DNA from: the human T2T-CHM13v2.0 reference genome, Homo sapiens
Length of the DNA stretch: 64,000 bases
NCBI RefSeq assembly: GCF_009914755.1
Contig: NC_060942.1
Strand: one strand, 5' to 3'
Under the pieces are notes generated by a model. It did not search any database. It was not told the DNA's origin and saw nothing but the letters and a program-made list of their open reading frames with translations. Position numbers and translations under genes: made by a program. Every line of letters starts with the position of its first letter. Position 1 is the stretch's first letter. Positions 27,301 through 41,224 of the stretch are shown piece by piece.

Positions 27301-27715
27301 CAATAATGAGAACACTAACAACCCACTAAACGTTGCACAACGATTTGAGCAGACACATCGTATGGAAGGATGGTCAGCTCCACCAGCCGTCAGGGGAGTG
27401 TAAGCTAAACCACAGCAAGGTGACGCTGGGCCCATTCACTCTGCTAGAGTGAGGAAGATTGACCACAGGCATGTAGGTGAGGATGTGGAGCCCCTGGAAC
27501 TCTAATGCATGGATGGCTTGAACCATGGACAGGTCATTTCGGAAATCAGTTCAGCAGCTTTTTTTTTAAAGTTAAACATTTGCCCAATGATAAGAGCCAG
27601 ACCTTTACTCCTAAGAGAAACAAAAACCTCTGTCCATGCAAAGAGTAGTATGTAGATGTCCACGACATTTAATTCATAACAGCCAAATACCAGAAATAAT
27701 CCAAATGCCCGTCCA
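24330..27715 (+). mobile_element. Nested L1 fragments: old L1M (ORF1/ORF2/3' UTR pieces) interrupted by an L1MC/MD-like 3' end and an L1MA 3' end
   Basis: ORF1-like A-rich segments at 24330-24460 and 26070-26600. L1 3' end at 24478-24572. L1MA ORF2 C-terminus plus 3' UTR at 24575-26068 (translation [38 protein letters not shown]). Older ORF2 remnants at 26620-27715. Confidence 0.85.
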
Positions 27716-27717
27716 CA

Positions 27718-27800
27718 GAGGTCGGGGCTGTAGTGAGCCGTGATGGCACCACCATACTCCAGCCTGGGTGACAGAGTGAGATTCCATCTCAAAAAATAAT
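27718..27800 (+). mobile_element. Alu 3' fragment
   Basis: gctgtagtgagccgtgat...ccagcctgggtgacagagtgaga followed by an A tail. Confidence 0.85.
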
Positions 27801-28207
27801 CAGAATAAAGGAAATTCTTTAGTCAGAATCACTGAAATAATAACTTCCTCAAATCTACCCCCTCCCCTGTGGAGGGACTTATTTCTGGGAATACCAATCC
27901 ACCTGCCCTCCTGGAGTTGCACTTTCAGTTGTATATGGATGCTTCAGACTATATGACTTTCACAAATAAACCAAGGCAATTATGCATTGTGGTACATGCT
28001 CAGAAAGTTCTACAAATACTCAATCTTGAACATTATGATAAATTCTGACAACATCACTGCTCCCTGTGGGTTATTTTCCTGTGGCTGCCCAACGTGGCTG
28101 TCTTTTCCAAGTGCAGATGGATGCCACCCCCTTATCCCTGTCCCCTCTCCTGTCTGATCTTCAGTTTGGCCAGTTGAGAAGATGTGTTCTGTCCCTTTAA
28201 AGGGACT

Positions 28208-28537
<330 letters not shown>

Positions 28538-29342
28538 CTAACACAGAATAAAATTGTCAGGCCACTCCCAGTCAGGGCAGCCCCCCACACAGCTGTGTCT
28601 CCTTCATCTGGAAATCCTAGTCATGGAAAGCCAGCCACATAGGGTACCCCAAGGAATGCACCTCTAAGACCCTTGAGGGAGTAATCTGTCTTTGCACCTT
28701 TGAGAAATGACAGCCACATTGGGCAGCCACAGAAAAAATAATCAACAGGTAGCGATGTTGTCAGAATTTATTATAATGCTCAAGATCTAGTATTGCAGAA
28801 CATTTTTTAGAGTACATCACAATGCATAATTTCTTTGGTTAATTTGTAAAAGTCATATAGTCTTATGTGCCCGCATGCGAAAGCTAACTGATAAACATGT
28901 TGGCTTCGTGTGTGGATACTGTTTCCACTCTGTGAAACCCACAGAATAAGTGATTTCAACACTGCTGAATTCCAGAGACCCCTGTTGCCTCTAGAGCTGG
29001 GCACCTGTGCAAGTTACGCTCAATCACCGGCTCTCATATGCTGGAAAATACCCGTGGCCGATTGGCTCACACTGAGAATTCTCACAATGTAGGATGCGCC
29101 CAAGCAGCATCGTTAGACTCTGGATATTCCAGAACAAGATTTCTGGAACTGTCTCCTCCTCCTGGGAAGGGCAGGGTGGGTGGGGGATTTGCTTGCTGGC
29201 CCTATGCCTCATTGAGCCGCCTGTGCCATAGGCAGGGCCAGAGGGGAAGGGGGCCTCTGCATTTTCCTTGAGCCACCTGCATTTCTGGTTCAGTGTTGAC
29301 TGCTGCAGACTCAGAAGGAAGAGCAAAAGAGCAAAGCCTTGA

Positions 29343-29681
<339 letters not shown>

Positions 29682-30374
29682 TGAAGAGGCACCATCACTG
29701 AAGCCATTTCCTGATTCTTCTCACCCGCAGCCTCTCGGCTTTGGAAGTCTCTCCTGGGAGTGGCTGTGATGTGCCCTGACTCTGTTCCCATCACTAATTT
29801 TGCTCTTCCAATCATCATTTCAGCTCGTGAATATTCAAATAGAAGCTGGGTTTGGCTTTCTTTATAAAAATTTTGTGGTAGTGAAATGAGTACATTTGTA
29901 GTATATTCCTATTTCTTACAGTAACTATTGTATAGGGTCATGTTTGATCTAAGAATGAAAAGAAAAAGTCCTTTTCTGATTCTTGCAATAATTCTTTTGT
30001 AGCATAAGATCAAATATCCCCCTACAAAAATACTTACCACAAGAAACAGAGCACTTTAAAATTTGTAAGTCATTTTTCTGGTGAGATCGATAAGCTCAGT
30101 CATCTAAAAATAGAGTGGGAAGTCAAGAAGAGGAAGAAACCTTGAGAATTTGAAGCCTGCATTGCTGCATTTAAAACAACAGAATCAGCTATCGACTACG
30201 TCAGTAAAATATAAAGAACAAGAATCTCTCCCATCCATGAAAGCAAAAGATAGATTAAAATTACAGCTGAGAGGTAGATGGACTTTGAAATTAATGTCCA
30301 CATAATAGAACTTAAAGAGGCAAAAGTACATAGAGAAAATAACCAAGAAAATAATTTTAAAACCTTAACTTCCC

Positions 30375-30772
30375 GTGGGATCTAAACTGTGTCCCCCAAC
30401 TTTGTTATAAATGTACACTAAATTCAAATTTTAGTTGTTATGTTGAAGCCATAACCCCCAGTGCCTCTGAATGTGTCTGTGTTTGGAGATAGGGCCTTTC
30501 TAAAGAGGTAATTAAGGTAAAATGAGGTCACAGGGTGGGCTCTGACCCAGTCTGGCTGGTGTCTTCATGAGAAGACCGGACATACACAGGGGAAACGCCA
30601 TGTGCAGCCATGGTGGGGAGACGGCTTTCACCCACAGAGAGGCCTCCGAAGAAACCGGCCTGCTGGCACCTTGATCTTGGACTCCCAGCCTCTAGAACTA
30701 TGAGAAATAGTTCCTGCTGTTTAAGCTAGGAAGGCTGTTGTATTTCCTTACGGCAGCCCAGCAAACTGATGC
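30375..30772 (+). mobile_element. MaLR solo LTR (MLT1A-like)
   Basis: tttggagatagggccttt, taaggtaaaatgaggtc and cctgctggcaccttgatcttggactcccagcctctagaact motifs. Confidence 0.85.
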
Positions 30773-31069
30773 CCTTTACCAGATTGAAAATTGCTCTTCC
30801 ATCTGCAAATCAAAAGACAACACCACGTTCAAGAACAGTGTAAGAATGCAGGGGCTTCCACCCAGAAAGAGCCCACCAAGGGCAGAGTGGAGGGAAAACA
30901 ATGCCAGCCTTTAGGCAGGGAGGAAGGTGACCCGCAAACAGATCTCATGCTTTTACCACACTCATGCTTTTTGCCAGGCACTAGGGTTCAAGAAGGAACA
31001 ATCTGTAGGCTTTTGAGAGGAAAATATATTCATCCAAGTTGGCCATCCTTCAGGTGGTAGAAAAAAGCC

Positions 31070-31160
31070 ACAACAGAAGGAGAGAAAGGGAAGGAGGGAG
31101 GGAGGGAGGGAAGCAGGGAAAGAAGGAAAGGAAGGGAGGGAAGGAAGGAGGGAAGGAGCA
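31070..31160. repeat. (GGAA/GGGA)n purine tract
   Basis: Direct inspection. Confidence 0.85.
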
Positions 31161-32495
31161 GGCATCACAGAGAAGCAGATGCTCATAAACCACTCTTCCT
31201 ACGCTGCAAAAGTAGATAAAGGTAAATAAATAAAAACCTCAAGAATGGCGGATTCACAGCATAATAGAAGTAACTGTAAGGAAAGAAACCACTAAAAGTG
31301 AGATAAATCCAAACAATTGTAGTATAGCATGAAATTTAATTAAAAGAAGATGATTAAAGAAAAAAGGTACAATAATTTAAAGTAAATAACTGAATAGTAA
31401 TCTGGTTCTAAAATCCAAGATTGTGTCAATACACACTAATAATAAGAACAAGAATTAGAGATATTTCTAACTATAAATGTACAAAATAAGTATATTAATT
31501 TCTTTTTAAAAAGTTTCATAACAGGAGCAATTTAAGTTCAAATCTTTTTAAGACATACAGATTAACACTTCTAGGATAAAAACAGATTGTAATTTTTCAT
31601 TTGCAAGGAAGAAAAATATCAAAAACCCTATAGGTTATACAGAAAAGTAGCTAAAGTAAAAGAATAAATAAGTGTAAAACAAGAAAACAGAAGTTAAAAC
31701 AAGCTATATTAACAAACAATATTAAAAAGTGAATAGGTTAAATGCCACACTTAAAGGTAAAGACTCTCAGATAAAACAAATAAGTAAAAATCAATAATTC
31801 AAACATGGTGATTCTAAGAGACAGAAAGGCAAGACTCCGTATCATAGCATCCCTTCTGACACTGAAAACACAGGGACACCAAATTAATGAATGTGTGAAT
31901 CAATCATTTATATCCACTTAAGGAATACTATGTCTAATTATAGAAATCATATTCTCAGAACATTCAGGAATATTAAAAATTCTCATATCTTTTTAATTTT
32001 TAAAGCCAGTTATGAGACACAGAATTATACTGACTACATAGAAAATACCTTTGTTCTCAGTTGGGACATCTCAACTTCATCAGTTTGTGAGTCCTTCCTA
32101 GATTAATTTATACATTTAATTGATTCCAATAAAAATATCAGTGACATTTTTATGGAGCTTGACAAGTTGATACTAAAGTTACATATAAAAATACACACGT
32201 AAGAATAACCACATTGCTGGTGAGAACGTAAAATGGTACAGCCGCTCTGGAAATATTTGGTAGTTTCCTTTTGAAACTAAAAATGGACCTACCGCGTGAC
32301 CCTGTGGTTGCACTCTTGGGCATATAACATGGAGAAAAGAAGGGACAGGCATAACAAAGTTGCATGGACCCCCACGCAGACTCGCACAGAGACACACATG
32401 TATAGCTGGTGACAACTGTCCACACTTTACAGATGCATGGATGTCAAGCTCCCGCCTGCGACCCTGCACTATGGGTTTGCAAGATGTCACCCGTC

Positions 32496-32870
<375 letters not shown>

Positions 32871-32886
32871 TCAAATAAAAATGTTT

Positions 32887-33341
32887 TGTGAGAAACACAT
32901 TCACCCATCCAAACCCAAAGAATGGACTCAGAGACCCAAAGAACAACGGAAGGAAGACCTTTAATGGCGGTCTTGAAGATGGCGTGTCTGGTAGGCAGGC
33001 ACACCTGCGGCAGCTACAGCAGGTAATTTATCTCCTAGCACGCAAGTCCCTCCCCCAGTTCCCCACTGATCAAGTACTGTGGGGTTACAATCTTCCCGGA
33101 TGTCGCCTAAGTTCCATATCCCCTTACAGGGTCATACCCCGGTCCCCTTTCCTGCTTAAGTTTTGATTTCCCAATAATGAAACTTTATTCCGTTTTATGG
33201 GCTGTCCCCTCCTCTGCATCCTGTTTGCTTATCCTGACTTTTGCTGCACGTGAGCCATGCCGTTTGTCACATGTGCAGACTGGCTACCAGTATTTAGATC
33301 TACCATGCCTTGAAAATGGACCATGAAAATGTTTTCCCACA
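32887..33341 (-). mobile_element. ERV solo LTR (probably ERV1 class; LTR19-like, tentative)
   Basis: 455 bp with TG...CA termini and short inverted ends (TGTGAGAAA / TTTCCCACA); perfect 5-bp TSD TGTTT (32882-32886, 33342-33346); ATTAAA on the minus strand near 32960. Confidence 0.8.
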
Positions 33342-33777
33342 TGTTTACAGTCATTTCTCACCCTGACCTAGTAGCAAGACTCTTAACAGATCAGAGGGGC
33401 AGCTCCCCTAATCAGGAGTTCCTTGTCGCATAAAAACTATGAAGAAAGTTCACCAGTGCCAAGGAGAAGCAGTAAGTGACCGCACGTCTCCACTCAAGCC
33501 AGCTCTGGGAATCCAGGAGAGCAAGGAACAGAGGCTGAAGAGGGCGTGGGTGTGAAGCTTCGCAGAAGAGGTGTGAGGTGCTATGGGACCCATGGCCAAG
33601 GGACGTCTGCACACCGCCCACTGCGCCCTGACCCTGGGGTGCCAGCGCCCGGCATGACTGCCTGCCCTCTCCCCCGTGCCCTGGCCACAGCCAGCCCTCC
33701 CTCCCTCGTGATGCCCAGGCACAAACCAGGCAAACTTGAAAGTGTTGGGGGAGGGTATCGGTTCAGCAAATCATTAA

Positions 33778-34111
<334 letters not shown>

Positions 34112-34569
34112 TGCCTGGTTTGTTTTATTCATGACTCATAAGGGCCCCTCAGGGGCCACCAGTTTCAGTTGAAGATGTCATTTTGCTTTGTTGAGTTTGG
34201 TTTTGTTTCCCACTGAGCCTAATGCACACAAATGGAGCCAGGCTAATGGAGAGGAAGGAGAGCTTTTTCCAAACCAATAGAGAAAGGCCCACAGGAAATG
34301 TTTAGCAGATGTGGCAAACCCAGACAGTTATGAAATCATTGTTCATTCATAACTTTACGTAAGTCTGAGCATGCAGACAGTTGCTTTGCTTTATTTTGGT
34401 TTTACTTTCTGTTTTCTTGCTTGAGAAGAACCCTAGAGCTTCAGGTAAACTCAACCCCCTCTTCGCAGAAATGTCACTCATGCTCATCACAGATGACGCA
34501 GATGCCGAGGAAGCCACAGAGAGCAATTGGGCACAGGCGGTAAGTACCAGATTGTCTTGGGGTACTTAC

Positions 34570-34975
34570 CAAAGTCGTGTCCCCGAAAAAGACGACTCCA
34601 AGTCCTAAGCCCTGGAAACTGAATGTAGACTTATTTGGAAAAGGGGTCTTTGTGGCTGTAATTACAGTAAGATGAGTCGTACTCGACAAGGGTGGACCCT
34701 AAATCCAATGGCCAGTGTCCTTTGGACAAAGAATGGTCGCTGAAGATGGAGGTGGAGGCTGGAGTGACGTGGCCACTGCCCAGGAGCACCGGGGGCACGG
34801 GACGCTGGAACAGGCAGGAAGGCTCCTCCCTGAGAGACATCCAAGAGGGGATGATGGCCCTGCACACGCCTTAGTATTGGCTTCCCACCCCCAGAGCTGC
34901 AAGGGAATCAGTGCCTGCTGTTTTAAGTCAACTAGTCTGTGGCACTTGCTTGGGGCAGCTCCAAGGAACCCACGG
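34570..34975 (+). mobile_element. MaLR solo LTR (MLT1C-like)
   Basis: ttatttggaaaaggggtctttg, ccctaaatccaatg, gaagatggagg...gctggagtga and tgctgttttaag...tctgtggcacttg motifs. Confidence 0.82.
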
Positions 34976-35824
34976 CTGCGGGTTAAGGAATGTGCATGCT
35001 CAGAGCAGAGAGAGGGGCCAGGGCTAGGGGAGGCAGGGGTCCCTCCCCAAGATGCTTGGACTGAGTCTTGCCTGTGCCTCTGGAAATATTTTCCATTTAA
35101 AGGGAAATATTTTCTACTGACCAGGTTCAAAACTGGCCTGCGGGAGCATGGGAGTCTTTTCCTGCATGGGGCCTGCAGAAGGAAATGCAGCCCGCAGCTC
35201 AGCACGGCCTCCAGACGGCCCTAGTCTCTGCGTTTCCTCAGAAACTCCTTGCGGGAAGAACACACATGTTCCAGGCCAGATGCTCTTCCCCACGTCTATG
35301 GACAGAGCACTGATCCCAGTGAGGAACGTCCACACACCACACAGCAAAACCCTTCTCACCGTGAGAAATTGACAGTTGCCTGAGAAAGACACTGTCGTGT
35401 AGGAAACAAAGCCTTCATCTCAGATTTTAGAGAAATCCCCGCAAAGAAATGACAAAAGCAGAGTGGCTTCAGCGTTCTCCGTAGACACAGATGTTCACCT
35501 CCACTGTGGGCATCTTCAGGCAGGAGCTTTGCCTCACCCCTTCTCTCGTGTGCCTTCCAGGACTCAGCCCCCTAGTGCCTCCCGGAATGCAGGGGTGCCA
35601 TTGGAAAGATGGAAAGTCTAAGGAGGGTACAAGTCACAGCTGCTCTGGTCCTCAGAGCTTCCCTGCACTGGGCGTGTTGAATGCACACTCTCTACCCCAT
35701 AACATACCATCAGATGCGGGAATATGAATGAGATCATCCCAGACTCCATGGGGATCACAGAGCTTGGGAAAGGAATGTCAACACTGGAAGGCAGGTCTGA
35801 GTCCAAGTCTGTGTCCTCAGCCTA

Positions 35825-35950
35825 AAATCTTCAGATTTAGTAAATAAAAACATGGGTTGCCTGGTTAAATTTTTACATAAGCAAAGAATAGTTTTTAGCA
35901 TAAAATGCTGCATGCAATATTCAGTGTCCTGTATTTCGTCTGGCAGCCTC
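35825..35950. mobile_element. MER53-like palindromic MITE, internally deleted
   Basis: cagatttagtaaataaaaacatggg...gttaaattt...gcaatatt...gtcctgtattt...tctggcagcct matches recalled MER53 ends. Confidence 0.65.
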
Positions 35951-38059
35951 ACCTCTCCGGCACAGCTATGGGAAGATGCTTTTGTCCGCCCAGCCAGGGC
36001 CAGGATGACACCAGGGACGCTCAAACGTCTACAGCCAATTTGGTGACCCCCTTTAATTTTTGGAAATGCCACTGCTGGCCCCTCACAGTGGAAATTCTTC
36101 ATGTGCAACCAGCTCATAAATATAGTGTGTTGGAGGCACCTGGATGGTTAGGACTCAGGACAATATTCTCCCCAAATATTTTCTCAACATCCGTCTTCCT
36201 GGTGGCAATTAGTGTCTGAGATTCTCTTTAACTTTTCCTTGCCAGGGGTGACTGCAGTCAGCCGTCAAGGCAAGAAAAGGGAAGTCTGAAAAAGTGTAAA
36301 ACTGATCATCAAAACACAAAACTTTACGTGTTTTTCTCTGAAAGCGCATGAAACTGGCTGCTTAGCTTCCAAATGGAAACCCCACACTGCATGTTCTCCG
36401 AGGCTTTTCTGCTTTCTTTTGACATTTTGACACTGAGCTCTGAAATAATAGTGTTAACTGTTGATCTTTTTTTCCTTTGGAAATTGGCTTTTGACACTAG
36501 ACAGCTGGAAAATCTGAAAGGTTAGCGCACATCTGGTGCGTCTACCTCAATATAAATGCCAATGTTCCATCAAAGCTTTTCACAGATCAATGAAATAATG
36601 ATCACAGGTGCCAAGACACAGGGATTCACTAAGATGGACAGCCACATAGAATTATGACAAGGTTGGTGGTTGTTTTTGTTTTGCTTTTCGTGTTTTGTCT
36701 CTATTATTCATGGAGATTTGTCCCTAGAAACACCAGAGAGAGCCTACAGTGCCAACAGCACAGCTCTCTGGCAGGGCCCCAAGAGCCGCGGGAGGGCAGG
36801 GCAGGTTCCTGGCATGCCTGAGATGACTTAGCACACTGTGGACCAGGGCTTGTGAACAGGGAAGTGTTACTCAAGATTGAGCTTGACTTTACAAAAGCAA
36901 GCTTGTTCCCCTGGAAGGCTTTCCAATTTTGATAAACTGTACTGTGCATTCATGCCTGTTCATTTGAGTGACTGCAGATCTTAAAAGAATCATTTTCGGA
37001 AGACAAAAATGCATGTAAAATAAGGCTGGGCGATGTGAGAGGTGACACTGTAACATTGGGAGCTGGTCCTGCTCTGGCAACAGGCAATAGCTTCCTCAGT
37101 CTCCTGCAGAGCCAAGCAAGGAATGGTTTTGCTGGGGAGTTCTGCAAAATTTAATGAGAGAGGCAGGTGTGAGGCCACGTCACAGCAAGGGAACCTGCAG
37201 TTCACTTCAAATTTGGGGAAGAGTTTTGAAGCCTTGACAACAAACCACCTCTTTTTCAACATCCTTCTTCCTCTTCCTCTCTTCAGCAGCAAAGCTTCTT
37301 ATTCCTACAATACAGGGTAGAGAGAGACAACTGTTTGAAATTTCAAATTGTACACTGGAAGACGAGCACCATGTTTGCAATTGATTCTGCCTCCTTCCAG
37401 CTTAGAGCCTTCAGTAGCAGACACGAGCAATTTCCTACCCTGCTGAGCTCCATGGGCTCCCAATGGATCCTTCAAAGCTGAGCTCCTGGTAACCTCACAG
37501 AGAACCGCTGTGTGGGAAACCAGAGCAGGAGGCTGGAGGCAGGTAAGAGCCGGGCCATCCACATGGTAACATGGAAACTGGGTTGTTTTTCCAGGGCTTG
37601 GACCAGGCTTGGGCGTGTGGCTGCTGCACGTGAGAAATGTCCCTTCTCCCACACACGCCAGTAGCCACACCACTCTCTGAATAGGAACACCTGCTCTATG
37701 TACCCAGCCCAATGTATTACAATATTTATTAGGCCCTCATGCTGTGGCTAGGTAAAGTGAAGTGACATACATTTTATGAAATTTGTGTCCCCATGTCTGT
37801 ACCTTCATTCTGACGTCACTGCTCTTGCCAAGAACAGATCAAAACCGTTGCATGTTTGGGTTTGTTACTCCCTTGTTCTTCCCACTGTGCTGGCAAGAGG
37901 GCGCGGGCGATAAATGAGGTCAGGAACACCTGCTCCATTGCAACTGCTTCTGGACAGACCAGACCTCAGGCCACATGCTCACCAGTGCTGGGGTTGAGCC
38001 CTATTCTGTGACCCCACCGCAATGAATATTGAGGCAGAAATCGTGAATATGACAAGGTC

Positions 38060-38800
38060 CTGCCCTCATACTCCTTAAGAAAAAGGAAAATATTTTAAAT
38101 GAAATCATCTTCATTGTTACATTTACAAATGAGGGATAAAAACCAAACACATAGAAAAGTATTTTAAAAATTCCTGTGTACCCCCAGCGACATGTACTGT
38201 GACACCGTGAGCATTTTGGCGTCTATCCATCCAGATACGTTCCTACCTGCATGCAATGGCAGGAAAGATCCAGATACAGATTTCCATGCCCAAACACCCT
38301 ACACCCAGTTGATGTCCCAGACCTGCTATCCCATAACCGACTCTTCCCTTAACAGCATACCTTACATGTCCTCTTAGTCAACGGACACACATCAGCTTCG
38401 TCTTCAGTGTCTGTCCAGTATTCGTGCCATGCCACTCCATAATTTCTTCACAAAAATCTCCCATTTCAGGCAATTTATGTTTATTGTTAAGCCAGTCACA
38501 TTTAGCAGTGTGGGGTCGTGTACCAACTTTAGTGACACCAATGTTAATCAGTTCTGATAACCACTACATTGGACAAGCCAGGATTTTTTTTTTAATTCCT
38601 ACTTGTTTCAAACAACAGTACGTGTTTACAAGAAGGCTTTTGTAATTCTATATTTGCAAAAAGTGTGTATGTGTCTGGTTCTTTTCTGCGGATACATTTC
38701 TGGAAGTGCAATCTCTGGGTTGGCATTTTGTACACTTTAAACCTTTCTCGTATGTGCCCCCAAATCGTCCTCCAGAAAGTTGGCACTGGATCACACCACC
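38060..38800 (-). mobile_element. Old L1M(E) 3' fragment, antisense, interrupted by the Y RNA copy
   Basis: ggatacatttctggaagtgcaatctctggg...caaatcgtcctccagaaagttggcac is typical antisense L1ME sequence. Confidence 0.55.
38489..38579 (-). pseudogene. Y4 RNA (RNY4-like) retropseudogene
   Basis: Reverse complement GGCTTGTCCAATGTAGTGGTTATCAGAACTGATTAACATTGGTGTCACTAAAGTTGGTACACGACCCCACACTGCTAAATGTGACTGGCTT matches hY4 along its full length with several substitutions and indels. A degraded A-rich tail follows (38473-38488). Confidence 0.93.
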
Positions 38801-38995
38801 CACAGCGGGGTATGAGGCCTGAGACGAAAGTGAATCCTGTGTCTTCTTCAGAGACACAGAAGCTGCTGATTTCTTCCTGTTCTGGAGACTGACACTTAAA
38901 TGTGTCTCAGAAGTGGTTTGGGGCAAAGTAGGGGCAAAAATTTTCATGTGGAGGCAACAAATTTAAATAACCAAACACAATGAACCAAAATTATC

Positions 38996-39195
38996 GATTC
39001 TCTGAGTCATTTTATAACTGAATATGTCAATTCTCTGAGTCGTTTTATAACACCTGGGACAGCGTCGTGGAGACTGAACACGTGAGTTCTCTGAGTTGTT
39101 TTATACCACCTGGGAGAGTGTGGTGGAGATTGAACACATCAATTCTCTGAGTCGTTTTATAATGCCTGAAAGAGCATCATCGAGACTGAACACGC
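38996..39195. repeat. 56-bp degenerate tandem repeat, 3 copies plus a partial
   Basis: TTCTCTGAGT at 38998, 39031, 39087 and 39143. Confidence 0.88.
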
Positions 39196-39785
39196 GGTGA
39201 ATTGCAGCCACTACTCAACATCATGCTTTTCACGTCTAGTCTGGATGGAACATTCTAGAAGGGCTCTAGGAGACACGTGGATCCTGGAGTAACTTGGGTA
39301 AAGAAACATGTTAAAGGAAGGTAGCTCTTATTTTACCAGAGCCTGTCCTTTGGTTTTTGTTAAATCCAGAGTATCTTAAAATTTAAGAATTACATTTTCA
39401 GGTAGAAGCTTCAATACTGTTTATTTGAATAAAATATAAATAATTTATATTAACAAGGCTGCTTAAAGTTTATTGAATTCTCAATTTTTTATGACCTTAT
39501 CATCTCCTTATGAAATAACTGTTACTGAACAAGAATTAAGTCTTATTGTTAGTGATCAAGTTTCCCCCCAATCCCCTCTTGCAAATAGAGCTTTATACCT
39601 TAATGCATTGACCATGGTCAGGCTTTGAGGATCAAGGGCCATATTTCCTAGCCCTAATAGTTCCACTTATTACTTTCACAAATAATAGACAGTTATTCTT
39701 GTTTTCCTTCTAGAAACATTGAATTTTTTTCCTCTGCTTTGCATCATTTGAGATAGGTCCTTAAGAAGCAGCTAAGACCTGGAAC

Positions 39786-40078
39786 TCTAGCACGGTGGAA
39801 AGCTGAGGCAGGAGGATATCTTGAGTTCAGGAATTTGAGACCAGCCTGGGCAACACAGTGAGACCCCATCTCTGCAAAAAAACAAAAAATTAGCCAGGCG
39901 TGGTGGCATGCACCTGTAGTCCCAGCTACTCAGGAGGCTGGCTGGAAGGATCACGTGAGGCTGGGAGATTGAGGCTGCAGTGAGCTGCAATCACACCACT
40001 GTACTCCAGCCCTCCAGCCTGGGTGACAGAGCAGGATCCTGTTAAAAAAAAAAAAAAGGAAAAGAAAAGAAAAGAAAC
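39786..40078 (+). mobile_element. Alu SINE (AluJ-type, 5' internal deletion)
   Basis: gaggatatcttgagttcagga and gaggctgcagtgagctg; small CTCCAGCC duplication; A tail. Confidence 0.9.
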
Positions 40079-41224
40079 AGCCCCCGAAAGTTGTTGATTG
40101 CTTTTTATTTTATAGTAGCAACTCCAATTTTATTTTCCTCTGGCAGTAAAGTATTATTAAAAGTTGTTCGATTTGATTTTTTGCACATCTAAATGTTTCT
40201 ACAAATGGTCATTTAAGATCTCTGTTTAGTGTACTGTCTTCCAAAAAATTTCAAACTGAAAAACTAAAACAGGCTACTCAGAAAGCTGTATGTGTTTTCA
40301 CGTATTTCTTTTTTACAATAGGACCATAGCTTCAGAGTTGAAGAGGTAATGCATATTTTTTGTTAATCTATTCATTGGCCTCAAGAACCGAAGCTTAGAA
40401 ATATTTGTAAGTATGGTGTCACTCCAATGCTTCCACGAAGAGCTAGGATCTTGAACTGTGAAGAGGAGAAACAATGTAGCCAGCAGAGAACCAGTGCATG
40501 TGTCTCTATGTGTTTTCACACCAGACGGAGGGTTGGGAGACCCCGCAACAGAAGTGCGGATTAACCACACTGATTTGTTTTGCTCTCATGGAGAGTCATA
40601 GAAAACACATTGTTGATTAATGTTATGATGCGTTTAAGAGAGGAAACTTTACACCCGGGAGATGCGAGTAGCTTTCTTAAGAAGTAATTAACAACTTCAT
40701 GGAGCTCCTACTGCACCCATCATAAGCTTATCTGTTTGTTTTAGTAACTCTGTTTTTCACTCATGTTTCTAACTTTTGAAGAACTCCCTCTTCTCTGAGT
40801 CTCCTGTGAGTCGCCTTTTTCTCTAAGTCAGAAAATGACGTAGTGTGTTCCTCTGAATAACATTGCTACCTTCTATCACTGGAGCTCTCAATCTCTTGGT
40901 TGTGGACAGCTGAGCCCCTTGGCAGCAATTGTTTTAATGCCATGAAATGAAGTAATGCAGAAAACTGATAATAAGTGAATATCTCTCTGCTTCTGCATTC
41001 AAATGGGTACTCAGCACCGGAACACATATGCACCATCATCCACATCCTCCACCCCCGAAAATGGCAAAGTGAGTGAACCTGCGGACCGGGAGAGCGTCAC
41101 AGCCGCCTTCCCACTACTCTTAGGTATTTCATGTATTTGAAGGCCTGAACTGTCTTTCCAAACCCTAGTTGGAAATGAGGAGAAATGTTTGCAAGTTATT
41201 GAAGGGATAAAGAATGAGAAAGGT

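Noticed and set aside
34131-34139. Isolated AP-1 sites (ATGACTCAT here and at ~55366)
   Set aside because: Expected by chance in 64 kb; no supporting context.
38996-39195. Repeat-spacer-like pattern (TTCTCTGAGT...)
   Set aside because: The intervening segments are homologous to each other; it is a degenerate 56-bp tandem repeat.
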